From an uncultured Methanosarcinales archaeon (GTDB lineage Archaea; Nanobdellota; Nanobdellia; Woesearchaeales; WJKR01), in assembly GCA_964556395.1 (NCBI GenBank), contig CAZKVR010000001.1:106996-170995 (forward strand): 64,000 nucleotides of DNA, read 5' to 3'. Shown piece by piece: positions 46,720-57,294 of this stretch (position 1 is the stretch's first letter; every line of letters begins with the position of its first letter). Under the pieces are notes generated by a model that was not told where the DNA came from, made no database searches, and saw nothing but the letters and a program-made list of their open reading frames with translations. A program made the position numbers and the translations under genes.

Positions 46720-48246
46720 ATGCCGACTCACCGGAAGGACAAGGCAGCCACAATCACGCTCTGGACCCTCTTCCTCGTCATAGCAGCCATCAGGGTAACC
46801 CTCGCGTTCCAGTCAGGACTGCCGGACTTCGAGGCGTACGACCAGCTGCGCCACGTCGAGAGCATCCGCGAGACAGGGACACCCCTGTTCCAGGACGACC
46901 TCGGCTTCGGCGGACGCGAACAGCTCTTCTCACCTCTCTACCACTACCTCCTCGCAGGCCTCAGCTTCCTCCTCCCGACCGTATGGCTCGTCAAGGTAGT
47001 CCCGACAATCCTCACCGCAGCCATCGTCTTCCCGGCCTACAAGCTAGGCACGCTGCTGACGGGCAAGCGCCGCCTCGCACTCATCACAGCCCTCTTCGCA
47101 GGCGCGGTCCCGGCGTTGTTCTTCATCAGCGTGAACGACGCCTCACCCCTCGGGCTCGTCCTCACGCTTTTCTACACGACGTGGTATCTCCTCCTCAAGA
47201 GCCGCAAGACCGGCCGGCACCTCAAGTGGCTCCTAGCGGCCTTCATAACCCTCACCCTCATCCACCCCTTCGCTATAGTCTTCGTCGTCAGCGTCGCGCT
47301 CTACCTAGTACTCCTCCAGCTCCAGGGCGTAAAGACCACGCCGAAGGAGAGCGAACTACTCCTGTTCTTCACACTCTTCAGCACGTGGTTCCTCCTCATC
47401 CTGTACAAGCGGGCGTTCGTCGCACACGGCGCGGCCGTGATATGGCAGAACATCCCATCGGTCGAGCTCAACCTCATATTCACCAACATCACGCTCCTGG
47501 AAGCCATCGCCAGCACGGGCCTCGTCGTCCTCGTCCTCGGAGCCATAGCCCTGTACAACGGCATCACCTCGGTGAAGCGGAAACCCCTCCTCGCCATGAC
47601 CGCCGTCATCGCGACAGCCCTCCTACTCCTCGGATTCCGACTCGCGCCCCTACGCGTCGGCCTAGCCCTCCTCAGCACGTCCCTCGCAGTCGCAGGCGCC
47701 CACGCCCTGGAATCCCTGGACGGCTACCTGCGCAAGACGCGAGCCCCAGCCCTGGCGAACTGGAGCCTCGCAGGCCTCGTCATCCTCTTCGGACTCGCCA
47801 CCCTTCCCACACTGGCGGGCCAGGCCATGGTCGACCCACCCTCGCAAGGGACGGTGGACGTCCTGGAATGGGCCCGGCAAAACACTGACGAAGACGCGGT
47901 CATCCTCGCCACCCCGCGGGAAGGAGACCTCATAGCCGCGGTGGGGGAGCGGCAGACGGTCATCGACGACAACTACCTCCTCATACCACGAGCCGAGGAG
48001 CGCTACCGAGACGCGAGGGAGACCTACACCTCGTTCTTCAAGACCGACGCCATCGGGCTGATGCAGCGCTACGGCGCCACACACCTGCTCGTCAGTCCTG
48101 AGACGCGGGCGTGGAGCGGCAAGGACGAGCCAGCCTACCTCGACGACGACTGCTTCAGACGCGTCATAGCCTCCACCGACGATCGGGGGCGGACGACGAG
48201 GCTCTACGAGCGGACATGCACCTTGAGGGGTGAGCACGATGCGTGA
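46720..48246 (+). CDS. GT-C-like polytopic membrane protein
   Basis: Many TMs; PLYHYLLA; C-terminal WARQNT..AVILA. Confidence 0.72.
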   Translation: MPTHRKDKAATITLWTLFLVIAAIRVTLAFQSGLPDFEAYDQLRHVESIRETGTPLFQDDLGFGGREQLFSPLYHYLLAGLSFLLPTVWLVKVVPTILTAAIVFPAYKLGTLLTGKRRLALITALFAGAVPALFFISVNDASPLGLVLTLFYTTWYLLLKSRKTGRHLKWLLAAFITLTLIHPFAIVFVVSVALYLVLLQLQGVKTTPKESELLLFFTLFSTWFLLILYKRAFVAHGAAVIWQNIPSVELNLIFTNITLLEAIASTGLVVLVLGAIALYNGITSVKRKPLLAMTAVIATALLLLGFRLAPLRVGLALLSTSLAVAGAHALESLDGYLRKTRAPALANWSLAGLVILFGLATLPTLAGQAMVDPPSQGTVDVLEWARQNTDEDAVILATPREGDLIAAVGERQTVIDDNYLLIPRAEERYRDARETYTSFFKTDAIGLMQRYGATHLLVSPETRAWSGKDEPAYLDDDCFRRVIASTDDRGRTTRLYERTCTLRGEHDA

Positions 48247-49630
48247 GCCCAAGAAAGCCTTGGTGATAACGGTCATTATAGCCTTGGCTGCGGTATTCCT
48301 CGCCACGCCATTCATCGTGCGCTCGGCGATGGGCAACGACGCGCTTGTCGGCGAGGCGAGCTACTTCCACCTCGGCGTGGCGCAGAACATCCTCCAGCCG
48401 GGAAGCTACCCTCTGCCGGATGTCACCCCAACCCTGTTCGACTGGTTCCTCGCAGGATTCCTCACCATCACCTCTCCCGCTGTTTTGAGCAAGGCAGTCC
48501 CTCTAGTCTTAGGATTGCTGGCGGCGTGGCTGTTTGCGAGCAAGGCAGGCAGTCTCGTCTCGGATGAGAAGGAGCGCGCCCTAGCAGGGCTATTCTTTGT
48601 CATCTCGCCGTTGTTCATCGTCACGTTCACCTCACTCTCCCCGTTCAGCCTCGCCCTCGTCCTCGGGCTCGCGGCGTGGCGGCTGCAGGATTCCTCGAGG
48701 GTAGGCTCAGGCCTCTTGCTCCTGTCGGTCCTCTTCGTCGACGCGCAGGCGTTCATCCTCACGACCCTCCTCATGACAGCTTACGGCCTCCTCAAGGGGT
48801 CGTGGCGCGGCCCTGTGGCTACCGGCGTGCTCGGAATACTTGTCATGGCGGCGCTCGACGCCTTCAAAGGGTTCCTCGCGTCGGAGCAGCTCGCCCTCGG
48901 CTCAGCGATGGGCGGCTTCTTCGTCAGCCTCGGCGCCGACATGGGGTACTCGTTTTTCATACTCCTCCTCGCCCTTATAGGGCTCATGGCGCGGTGGTCG
49001 CGGCAGCGGTCAGCAGTGGCCGCATCCCTCATAATGGTAGGGGTGTTCATCTTCTCGTTCTCAGACCCCTTGACCCGTATACTGATGGCGCCGGTCCTGG
49101 CAATCCTTGCCTCCAGGGGTGGTGTGGAGTTGTTGGAGCGGCAGTGGAGCGTCAGACTCGTCCGGGACGTCACGCTGTTCCTCGTCGCGCTCAGCCTGTT
49201 GTTCACGCTCGTCCTCACCTTGTCGGAGCAGGCTGAGGAAGAGCCTTCATTGGCCAAGCTGGAGGCGTTGCAGTTCCTCCGCACGGTACCTGAAGACGAG
49301 GTGGTGCTGTCGAGCCCTGAGAACGGCGTGTTCATCCAGCGCATCGCGCGCCGCCAGGCGTTCCTCGACCATGTGGAGATGGACCAGCACGTAGAGGCCG
49401 AGCGCCGTCGTGCCGCAGACAACATCTTTTCGGCCCAACGCCTCGACCCTGCTGCGTCCTTGCTGGAGTCGCATGGTATCTCGCACGTCCTTGTCGATCA
49501 GGACATGCGTCATGGGGGTGTCTGGACGGCTGAGGAGCAGGGGTTGCTGTTCTTGATGGAGCACAACGACCGGTTCGTCAAGGTGTACGATCGTAAGAGT
49601 GTCGCGGTGTACCGTTTCTTCGACGGTTGA
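48230..49630 (+). CDS. GT-C-like polytopic membrane protein, similar to its upstream neighbour
   Basis: SYFHL, many TMs, VVLSSPENG, ISHVLVD. Confidence 0.72.
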   Translation: MSTMREPKKALVITVIIALAAVFLATPFIVRSAMGNDALVGEASYFHLGVAQNILQPGSYPLPDVTPTLFDWFLAGFLTITSPAVLSKAVPLVLGLLAAWLFASKAGSLVSDEKERALAGLFFVISPLFIVTFTSLSPFSLALVLGLAAWRLQDSSRVGSGLLLLSVLFVDAQAFILTTLLMTAYGLLKGSWRGPVATGVLGILVMAALDAFKGFLASEQLALGSAMGGFFVSLGADMGYSFFILLLALIGLMARWSRQRSAVAASLIMVGVFIFSFSDPLTRILMAPVLAILASRGGVELLERQWSVRLVRDVTLFLVALSLLFTLVLTLSEQAEEEPSLAKLEALQFLRTVPEDEVVLSSPENGVFIQRIARRQAFLDHVEMDQHVEAERRRAADNIFSAQRLDPAASLLESHGISHVLVDQDMRHGGVWTAEEQGLLFLMEHNDRFVKVYDRKSVAVYRFFDG

Positions 49631-49684
49631 CCGTCGAGAAATAGTCGAAACCTTTATTAACGTTCCTGCCTTTTCGGCCACCAT

Positions 49685-50950
49685 ATGGGATTCGTCAGCG
49701 TGCTCGTCTGGGTGAGTTACGTCCTCACGCTCTACTTTCTGGTCTACTGGTTGCTATTGTTCTTCGAGAACCGGAGCCGTATCAAGGAGGAGTGGTCCGA
49801 GGAGGTCTCGTTCAAGCGGTACCCGTTCGTCAGCGTCGTCGTCCCCGCATATAATGAGGAGGCGACTATCCGTCAGACCGTCGAGTCCCTCTTCGCCTTG
49901 GACTGGCCTAAGGATAGGGTGGAGTTCCTCGTCATCGATGATGGCAGCAGGGATCGGACGGGCGCTATCGTGAAGGCTATGAAGCGGGAGTTCCCTCAGG
50001 AGCCTTTGAAGCTGGTCCGGCAGAAGAACCAGGGCAAGGCTGTCGCGTTGAACAACGGGCTCGATGTCGTCAAGGGTGAGTATTATGCTTGCTTGGATGC
50101 GGATTCCTTCGTCGACCCGCAAGCTCTCAAGCATATCATTTATTGGCATGAGAAGTACCCTGACATGGCGATCGCCACGCCGGTGATGAAGATAGCCTCT
50201 CCCAAGACGTGGGTTCAGAAGTTCCAGCGCCTCGAGTACATGGCTGGCATGTTCCTCACCAGGCTGATGAGCTATGTCCATTCCAACTACGTCGCCCCCG
50301 GTCCTTTCTCCGTCTACAAGAAGGATGTCGTGAAGAAGCTTGGCGGCTTCGATAAGGAGAGCCTGGTCGAGGATCAGGAGATCGCTTACCGCGCCCAGAT
50401 GGAGCATTATCGTATCATGCAGGTTCCTAACGCGTTCGTCCACACCGTCGGGCCTTACACGGTGAAGCAGTTGCAGGACCAGCGTAACCGTTGGATGAAG
50501 GGGACGTTGATGAACCTGGTGAAGTATCGTAAGGCGATCTTCAACCGCAAGTATGGCGACTTCGGCATCTTCCAGCTTCCTCTCAACATGGCCCAGTTCG
50601 CCTTGTCCTTGGTGGCCGTCGTCGCCTTCCTCTATTATGTGGTCAAGCCGTTGGCGCGTCACGTCCACGAGCTCTGGCTCGTCAACTTCGACCTCATCCC
50701 TTACATCCAGTCCTTGTCCTTCAACCTTCACATACTCCAGCTCCGTGTCACGCCGGTCTTCATCCTCGCTTTGATGCTCTTGCTCGGCGCGACGTTCCTC
50801 TTCCTCGCCGGCCGTATCAACAAGGATAGGGTCCGGCAGTATGGGACGCTTCACATCGTGCCGTACTTCTTGGTGTTCTACCTCATCATCGCGTTCATCG
50901 CGATCAAGGTGATGGCCGAGCTGGCCGTCGGTAAGAAGCAGAAATGGTGA
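49685..50950 (+). CDS. GT2 glycosyltransferase (processive synthase-like)
   Basis: VPAYNEE, DDGSRD, DAD, VEDQE, QRNRW. Confidence 0.92.
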   Translation: MGFVSVLVWVSYVLTLYFLVYWLLLFFENRSRIKEEWSEEVSFKRYPFVSVVVPAYNEEATIRQTVESLFALDWPKDRVEFLVIDDGSRDRTGAIVKAMKREFPQEPLKLVRQKNQGKAVALNNGLDVVKGEYYACLDADSFVDPQALKHIIYWHEKYPDMAIATPVMKIASPKTWVQKFQRLEYMAGMFLTRLMSYVHSNYVAPGPFSVYKKDVVKKLGGFDKESLVEDQEIAYRAQMEHYRIMQVPNAFVHTVGPYTVKQLQDQRNRWMKGTLMNLVKYRKAIFNRKYGDFGIFQLPLNMAQFALSLVAVVAFLYYVVKPLARHVHELWLVNFDLIPYIQSLSFNLHILQLRVTPVFILALMLLLGATFLFLAGRINKDRVRQYGTLHIVPYFLVFYLIIAFIAIKVMAELAVGKKQKW

Positions 50951-50958
50951 CACTCTAA

Positions 50959-51642
50959 ATGGTAAAACGTTCTATCTCTAAGCAGCGGTACCTGACGGCC
51001 GCCATCATCACAGTCCTCGTCTTCGCCTTAGGGGTGTTGTTGGGCATGGTGATGGATTACGAGCGCGTCCAGTACCTCGAGAACCAGTATGAGAAGCACG
51101 AGCTTGATTATCGTAGCTTGCAGTTGCAGTTCTCCTTCTTGGACATGGCGACGCAGGAAGATAGCTGCGCGGCGTTCGAGGCTGCGATGGAGGATGCCGT
51201 GACCGAGCTGTCGGATTCTTTGCAGGAGGTGGAGCAGTACCAAGGGTTCTCCCAGACGCAACAGGGGAATTTCGATTCTATCAAGCGTCGTTACACTCTT
51301 GATAACATCCGTTATTGGATATTGGTGAAGGAGGCTCAGGAGCGCTGCCCGATGGATCGGTTGAGCATCTTGTACTTCTTCAGCACGGATGATTGTCCTC
51401 GTTGTCCTGACCAGGGCGTCATACTCACGTATTTCAAGAAGAAGTATGGGGATTCCTTGCTGGTCTTCCCGATCGACGTTGACCTTGCTGATGATGAGCC
51501 TATCGTCGACATGTTGGGGAGCCATTTCAACATATCTAGATATCCTTCCATCGTCATGGGTGACGAGACGTTCAATGGCGTCAAGTCTCAGCAAGAGCTC
51601 GCACCCCTGATATGTGAGGGCTTGAACAGAGGTGATTGCTGA
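50959..51642 (+). CDS. Membrane-anchored thioredoxin-fold protein
   Basis: N-terminal TM; YFFSTDDCPRCPDQG; YPSIV. Confidence 0.8.
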   Translation: MVKRSISKQRYLTAAIITVLVFALGVLLGMVMDYERVQYLENQYEKHELDYRSLQLQFSFLDMATQEDSCAAFEAAMEDAVTELSDSLQEVEQYQGFSQTQQGNFDSIKRRYTLDNIRYWILVKEAQERCPMDRLSILYFFSTDDCPRCPDQGVILTYFKKKYGDSLLVFPIDVDLADDEPIVDMLGSHFNISRYPSIVMGDETFNGVKSQQELAPLICEGLNRGDC

Positions 51643-53087
51643 TGTCTCGTTGGTGGAAGTCGTGGCCGTTTCTCGTCATCGCCTGTACGTTTGTCCTGGC
51701 GTTGGCGTTGAGGATTTGGTATGCGTCCTTGCCGGCTGTTGCGTGGTGGGATGAGACTATCTATGTCAGTATGGCGAAGCACCTTTTCTCCAGCGGCTCT
51801 TTGGGGTATTGGGAGGTGTTCCGTCCTCCTATCATGCCTGTCTTGATGGGGTTTGGCTGGTGGCTTGGCTTGCCCGCTTTGGCTGTGGGCAAGGTCGTCG
51901 GTGTCGTCGCCAGCCTCGGCGTGCTCGTATTCACGTATCTTATCGGCGAGCGCTTGTATAAGAACGCGGGTCTCGTGGCTGTGGCCGTCCTGGCGTTCAT
52001 CCCGACCTTCTTTCGTTTCGGTGGCATGGCGCTCTCCGCCATCCCCGCTACGTTCCTGTCCTTCTTGGGCTTGTGGTTGGTCCTCAATAAGAAGTGGTAT
52101 TGGGCTGGCTTGGCGTTCGGCGTCGCCTTCCTGACGAGGTTCGTCCTCGCGTTGTTCGGTGTCGGCGTAGCTTTGGCGTTGGTCGTGGCGTGGTTGTCGT
52201 CCGGCCGGCTCCGGGTCGAGTGGCGTTCTTGGCTGAATAGCATCTCGTTGTTCGTAGTCGGTGGGTTCTCTGTTCTCATCCCTTACTTGCTCGTCCATCT
52301 CATCATCATAGGAGACCCTCTCTTCCCTATTTTGGAGGCGAGCCAGGTGTTCACCCAGTACAACAATTGGGTGTATGATTATGGTAATTGGTATTACGTG
52401 GTCGAGGTGCTCAAGAACAGCGTGTTCTTCCTCTTCTCGTTGTTGGGCCTGTATCTTTTTGTGAGGTGGCGGAAGTGGCGCGACACCGCTTGGATGGGCG
52501 TGCTCGTCCCGTTGGTGTTGCTCGTAGCGTACTTCTTGACCGTGCAGCACAAGGAGATCAGGTTCTTCACGCCGATGTTCCCTATGTTGGCCATCCTGGC
52601 AGGGGTGGGGGTCTCGTGGCTCTTGGGTCGTTTCCGTCGTTGCGGTGATCGGTGTGTGGCGCTCGTCCTGTTTGGCATCGTGGCCTTATCGTTGTTCGTC
52701 GGTTGGCAGGGCTTGTCTTCCGAGGCGATGCCTGCTGACCTTGAGGGTGATAAGAGGGACTTCTATCATTATTTCGAGAACGCTTCGAAGGAGGATGACA
52801 TGTTGATCGCGTCCAACCCGTTGTTCGTGGTCTATTCCGACAAGCCTATCACGTTCGTCAGGAACTGGGATTTGTCCAAAGAGATTATGCGTCGTTACGG
52901 TGACCGCGCGGATTATGTTGCGGTGGACTTGTGCGACCATCCGTGTCAGCCTGGTTCGGAGTGCGAGTCGAATCGTGAGTCTTTCGTCGAGCGTCGGTCT
53001 TCTGATGAGCTCGTGTTCGAGGGATCGTATACCAATTGGGATGATGAGGTGTGCGACTTGCGTATCTGGCGTCTCAACGCTTCTTGA
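51636..53087 (+). CDS. ArnT/PMT-family (GT39/83-like) glycosyltransferase
   Basis: WWDETIY, FRPP, many TMs, KEIRF. Confidence 0.82.
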   Translation: MLMSRWWKSWPFLVIACTFVLALALRIWYASLPAVAWWDETIYVSMAKHLFSSGSLGYWEVFRPPIMPVLMGFGWWLGLPALAVGKVVGVVASLGVLVFTYLIGERLYKNAGLVAVAVLAFIPTFFRFGGMALSAIPATFLSFLGLWLVLNKKWYWAGLAFGVAFLTRFVLALFGVGVALALVVAWLSSGRLRVEWRSWLNSISLFVVGGFSVLIPYLLVHLIIIGDPLFPILEASQVFTQYNNWVYDYGNWYYVVEVLKNSVFFLFSLLGLYLFVRWRKWRDTAWMGVLVPLVLLVAYFLTVQHKEIRFFTPMFPMLAILAGVGVSWLLGRFRRCGDRCVALVLFGIVALSLFVGWQGLSSEAMPADLEGDKRDFYHYFENASKEDDMLIASNPLFVVYSDKPITFVRNWDLSKEIMRRYGDRADYVAVDLCDHPCQPGSECESNRESFVERRSSDELVFEGSYTNWDDEVCDLRIWRLNAS

Positions 53088-53550
53088 TGAGGTCTCCGAT
53101 GGTGACTGGTCCGGTCTGGCGCTTGTCGCTCTTCGGCCGCTTCTCTTCGTGGTGTTCGACGAGCGTGATGCCTAGTTTCTTCTCGAGTTTTCGGGCTAGT
53201 TTCATGCTGGGCTCGTGCTTGCCGCTCTCGATGGCGTGGAGGACGCTTTCTTTTTCGGCTAGTTGTTGAGCCAGTTGTTCTTGCTTGAGAGCTCTTTTCT
53301 CTCGGGCTTGCTTGACGCGCGTGGAGTAGTCGGGTGTGATCATCTGTATGATCTCTCCTCGTTCTTCCTGTTCCGGTTCTTGTTCCGGGGTTGCTCGTTT
53401 CTTTTTCTTCTTCTGCGGTTGTGGTTCCCGCAGTTGGCGGGCTTCGGTGGCGTAGCGCTTGCAGTTCTGGCATACGCGCATGCTTGTGCCTTCCACCTTG
53501 GCGTTGTAGAATGGTCCTTTCTCTGTGCCGCACATGTCGCAGGTCGTCAT
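53074..53550 (-). CDS. mbf1: Archaeal multiprotein bridging factor aMBF1
   Basis: CDMCG..CQNC zinc ribbon, Cro-type HTH, TIGD tail. Confidence 0.92.
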   Translation of the reverse strand: MTTCDMCGTEKGPFYNAKVEGTSMRVCQNCKRYATEARQLREPQPQKKKKKRATPEQEPEQEERGEIIQMITPDYSTRVKQAREKRALKQEQLAQQLAEKESVLHAIESGKHEPSMKLARKLEKKLGITLVEHHEEKRPKSDKRQTGPVTIGDLIKKR

Positions 53551-53717
53551 GCTGTGTCCCCTCCTCGTTGTTTTTGAGGTTCTTTGGGTTTTAAGCTTAA
53601 TCGTAACGAAGAATTATTTTCAGTATAGAATTTAAAAGTGCTGAAAAACCCCTGTCCAAATCCCACCCCAAATATGAATCAGAAAATATTATATACTAAG
53701 TAGATAATATTATATTT

Positions 53718-54344
53718 ATGATGATTAAAAATAATCCTGAATACAAAATGATAGGAGCGCTCCTGAAGCAGCCGCTAGAAAGCAGGACTCTCCGCCAAGC
53801 AGCCCTGGAAGCAGGCATCACGTACGCGACAGCCCATAAGAACCTCACACGACTCCTCGAGACAGGAATGGTACGAGAGCGACGGAAAGGCAAGGCACGC
53901 CTCATCAGCGTCGACTTCGAGCACGCACCTACGGACGCGTTGTGCACGGCAGCAATACACGTCAGGGAAGCCTTCAAGAGGCACCACCCGAACATCGCCG
54001 TCCTCGCCAACGACCTCGAACGAGCCCTGGCCGGCCGGTTCTACACCCTAATACTCTTCGGATCGAGAGCCCTCGACAATGAGGAGCAGGACTCCGACGT
54101 GGACCTCATCATCATCACGCCGTCCCGGAAACTGTCCGAGGACTACGACGCAACGATTAACAAGACATTGGAGCTCTCGCCTTTGGAGGCGGACGTCAAG
54201 GTAGTGACGACGAACGACTTTGAGGAGATGCTCAATCAGAAGTACAGCGTCGGCAGGGAAGCGTTCGAGAACGGCATCGTACTCTTCGGGGTTGAGCAGT
54301 ATTACGCCACGGTGAAAAGACATGCTCAGACCAAAGGATTGTGA
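53718..54344 (+). CDS. wHTH plus minimal nucleotidyltransferase
   Basis: HTH; LFGSRA..SDVDLII. Confidence 0.85.
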   Translation: MMIKNNPEYKMIGALLKQPLESRTLRQAALEAGITYATAHKNLTRLLETGMVRERRKGKARLISVDFEHAPTDALCTAAIHVREAFKRHHPNIAVLANDLERALAGRFYTLILFGSRALDNEEQDSDVDLIIITPSRKLSEDYDATINKTLELSPLEADVKVVTTNDFEEMLNQKYSVGREAFENGIVLFGVEQYYATVKRHAQTKGL

Positions 54345-54954
54345 GGACGCGAAAGGACTTTTCAAGGACTGGGACCTCAAAAGACGATGGGCAACACCTA
54401 CACAAGCGTTCATCGAACACACGAGGAGGAAGGCGAAGGACTCGTTGGAACTAGCGAACTACCTCATGGAGAAGGTGGAAGGCACGAGCGAACTCTCCCA
54501 AAACAGTACAGCTACCATCTGGGTGGTGACCGTCGCGTACTACTCGATGTTCTTCCAAGCGGAATACCTGCTCGGCCTGGACGGAAGGAAGTTCCCGAGA
54601 GGGACAAAGGACACGCATAAGACGGTGTACCTCGCATTCATCTACTATTACCTTATCAAAGGGTCTGACCAGGAGCGGACGACGAGCACAAAAACGACCA
54701 CCAGTAGGATGTCACGCGCACTGGCGCTCTTCAAGGAACTGCAGGATGAGACCATGGAATTGCAGCGGGTGGAGAGAAAGGCGGAAGACCTGGACCGACA
54801 ACGACGGAAGAGGCAGGATTTCACCTACGAGATGAACCGGACGGCAAAGATATCAGAGGCGAAGAACAGCTTGATGAAGGCCAAGGAATTCCGGACCCTC
54901 ATAGAAGAGTGCCTGTTGGCACGCAAGACAGGCATCACTTCCGCACGAACCTGA
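54322..54954 (+). CDS. HEPN-like protein
   Basis: AYYSMF, R..RQDFTY; coupled to the MNT gene. Confidence 0.72.
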   Translation: MLRPKDCEDAKGLFKDWDLKRRWATPTQAFIEHTRRKAKDSLELANYLMEKVEGTSELSQNSTATIWVVTVAYYSMFFQAEYLLGLDGRKFPRGTKDTHKTVYLAFIYYYLIKGSDQERTTSTKTTTSRMSRALALFKELQDETMELQRVERKAEDLDRQRRKRQDFTYEMNRTAKISEAKNSLMKAKEFRTLIEECLLARKTGITSART

Positions 54955-56101
54955 CGACCCATTGCGGCAGCTTGCCCGTGAACACCTGTTCCTGCGTGTC
55001 CACGACGAAGCCGTACTCGTCAGCGGCGGACGTGAGGTCTTCCGGCTTCTGGCACAGGAACGTCAAGGAGCCAGCCTTGGCGAGGACGAAGTCGGCCTGG
55101 TAGAAGAGCTGCTTGTTCAGGTCCGACACCTTCTTCTGCGGGACGTGCTTGCTCGCCTCGATGGGCTGCGTGACGATGCAATCGACCGACTTCTCCGTCA
55201 GCTTCGTGTCCAGCCACTCGACGTCCATCTTGGAGAACTCGACCGCCTTGTCGACACCGGCGATCTTCGCGTTCTTCTTCGCAGCGGTGATGTTCCGCAG
55301 CTGCGCGTCGAAGCAGTGCACAGTCTTGTCCGCCACGTCGACGATGGCCTTGTCCATCTCTGCCAACACCTTGTCGGCGTGCTCGACGAAGAAGTGATGC
55401 TTCTTCACCAAGAGGTCCTTCTCGTAATACCGCAATGACTTGCCGGAGGCCATGAGCGCCGCCTCGATAGGGACTTCGCCGCCGCCGGCGTACGGGTCGA
55501 CGAGCACCTTGCCGGGCGTCCAGCCGGACGCCATGAGGAGCGACGCCGCGGTCGGCCCTTTCATGCTGTGCGGGTTGTTGAACACCTTGTACGGGCGTTT
55601 GGAAGCGTCATATCCGAGGAGGTCGAGGCTGAGCCACGCCTGGTCCTCGTCGACGTGGAGGTAGAGTAATATGTCAGGCTTCTTGATATCAACCCGCGGA
55701 GCCTCTCCGAGCGACTCCTTGGCCAATCGTCGGATGACGCGTCCGGTCTCCTGGGCGAGGTCGATGCTGTTGTAGTCGTGCGTGCCCTCGCGGCTGCACA
55801 CGACGGAGAACGACTTGTCCTTGCTGAGGAATCGTTCGAAGTCGAGCGATCCGATGGCGGTCTCGAGGTTGTGCAATGACTCCTCCAGGGAGGGCGTCAC
55901 CTCGGCGCTGCAGAGCAACGCGCCTACACGGGTGGGCGTCTGCATGAGGTAGGCGGCGGCGAGGAGGTCTCGGACTGATGACTCGTGGAACACGACGCAC
56001 GTGTCACCCTTGGTCACCTCGTGGCCGAAGCTCCGCAGTCGGGCTTCCGCCTCGACGTAGGGGCTGCAGCCGCGCTCGCACGCGAGGAACAGGTCTTTCA
56101 T
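54935..56101 (-). CDS. THUMP-domain RNA methyltransferase (Trm14/RlmL-like)
   Basis: THUMP region, DPYAGGGEVPIEAA, AKKNAKIAGV, IVTQP. Confidence 0.82.
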   Translation of the reverse strand: MKDLFLACERGCSPYVEAEARLRSFGHEVTKGDTCVVFHESSVRDLLAAAYLMQTPTRVGALLCSAEVTPSLEESLHNLETAIGSLDFERFLSKDKSFSVVCSREGTHDYNSIDLAQETGRVIRRLAKESLGEAPRVDIKKPDILLYLHVDEDQAWLSLDLLGYDASKRPYKVFNNPHSMKGPTAASLLMASGWTPGKVLVDPYAGGGEVPIEAALMASGKSLRYYEKDLLVKKHHFFVEHADKVLAEMDKAIVDVADKTVHCFDAQLRNITAAKKNAKIAGVDKAVEFSKMDVEWLDTKLTEKSVDCIVTQPIEASKHVPQKKVSDLNKQLFYQADFVLAKAGSLTFLCQKPEDLTSAADEYGFVVDTQEQVFTGKLPQWVVRFVRK

Positions 56102-56178
56102 AAGGTGGCGGGAAGAAGAAGGGGTTTTTAAAGGTGATGGGGGAATCTATATGTAGCACCACATTCCTATGAGACTTC

Positions 56179-56751
56179 ATGGAAGGATTGGAGGAGGCGT
56201 TGGCAAGTATAAGGGAGGACCTCGAGTTCAGGCACGCGTACAACGTCGCGCGGCAGAACAGCTTGAAGGCGTACCTCGTGGGCGACTTCCTGGTCCGAAA
56301 CATCGCCCACGTCCTGTACGGTACGTCCAGGCCGGAGCACGACGTCGACCTCCTCGTGGAGGGAATGGACGAGAATTTGAAGCTACCTCCTGGCTGGAAG
56401 GAGGGGCAGAACCGTTTTGGAAACCCGAAGATTATCAGTGCCACGACCGTGGCAGACATCATCCCGTTGGAGAATGTAGACTTCATCAAAAGAAAGGGGT
56501 TGGAGCCTTCTTTGGACGCATACCTCACAGGCGTGCCGCTTACCATACAATCCTTGGCGTATGATGTCGAGAACGACGAGCTCAGAGGGAACGTAGGCCT
56601 GAAAGCGCTCAAGGAACGAAAAGTGGCCGTGAACAACCACTACTTCGCGGACCTGACTGCGAGGAAGTACGGCAGATTCATCGAGGACTACGTGCAGGAG
56701 CAGGCGCAGAGACTCGGCTTCACACCGTTTTTTTCCCCTTGGTACTCCTGA
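56179..56751 (+). CDS. Nucleotidyltransferase-fold protein (CCA/poly(A) polymerase head-like)
   Basis: YLVGDFLVRN..DVDLLV..LTIQSLAYD. Confidence 0.6.
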   Translation: MEGLEEALASIREDLEFRHAYNVARQNSLKAYLVGDFLVRNIAHVLYGTSRPEHDVDLLVEGMDENLKLPPGWKEGQNRFGNPKIISATTVADIIPLENVDFIKRKGLEPSLDAYLTGVPLTIQSLAYDVENDELRGNVGLKALKERKVAVNNHYFADLTARKYGRFIEDYVQEQAQRLGFTPFFSPWYS

Positions 56752-56843
56752 CGACCACAAATGATTTCAATCAGTGAGACCTTCTCTTCCGTAGAGCCTC
56801 CCGATTACCGGCCGGCCTCCGCGCCCGGTCCTCAAAGGCGCGG

Positions 56844-57212
56844 TCAGTCTCTTTTTTTTGAGGCGTAACTGATGAAGTCCTTCACCGATAAGACCTCGTC
56901 GACCAACCCTCTCACTGACAGTTCCCCGACCGGTTCTGAGGAGATGATGGTCACGCCTCTCGCGTGCGCGTATGCCGCTTCCATGGCGACCGTCTTGCCG
57001 ACGTAGCCGTCCTCGGCGAGGATGTAGAGGGTGTCCGCGTCGTCGATGCCTCGGAATGCGCGCAGGAGCGCGTCGCGTTGGTTCTCAAGCGTGTCTTCCT
57101 GGGTCTGCTCCCATTTCCCTGACGTCAGCGCCGTGACCCCTCGTGCGTCGAGCTCGTCCTTCAATCGTTCTATCTCGTGGTAGAACTTCCTGCTGCCTGC
57201 GATGAATATCAT
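56844..57212 (-). CDS. Nucleoside 2-deoxyribosyltransferase-like protein
   Basis: MIFIAGS..IDDAD..DGYVG..MEAAYA. Confidence 0.6.
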   Translation of the reverse strand: MIFIAGSRKFYHEIERLKDELDARGVTALTSGKWEQTQEDTLENQRDALLRAFRGIDDADTLYILAEDGYVGKTVAMEAAYAHARGVTIISSEPVGELSVRGLVDEVLSVKDFISYASKKRD

Positions 57213-57294
57213 ATCTTCTTCGAGAGAGGATGTCGCTTGCTTTTTAAGTTTTTGAATCGAAACGACAGGCTTAAAAGACTCTTTCTGATAACAC

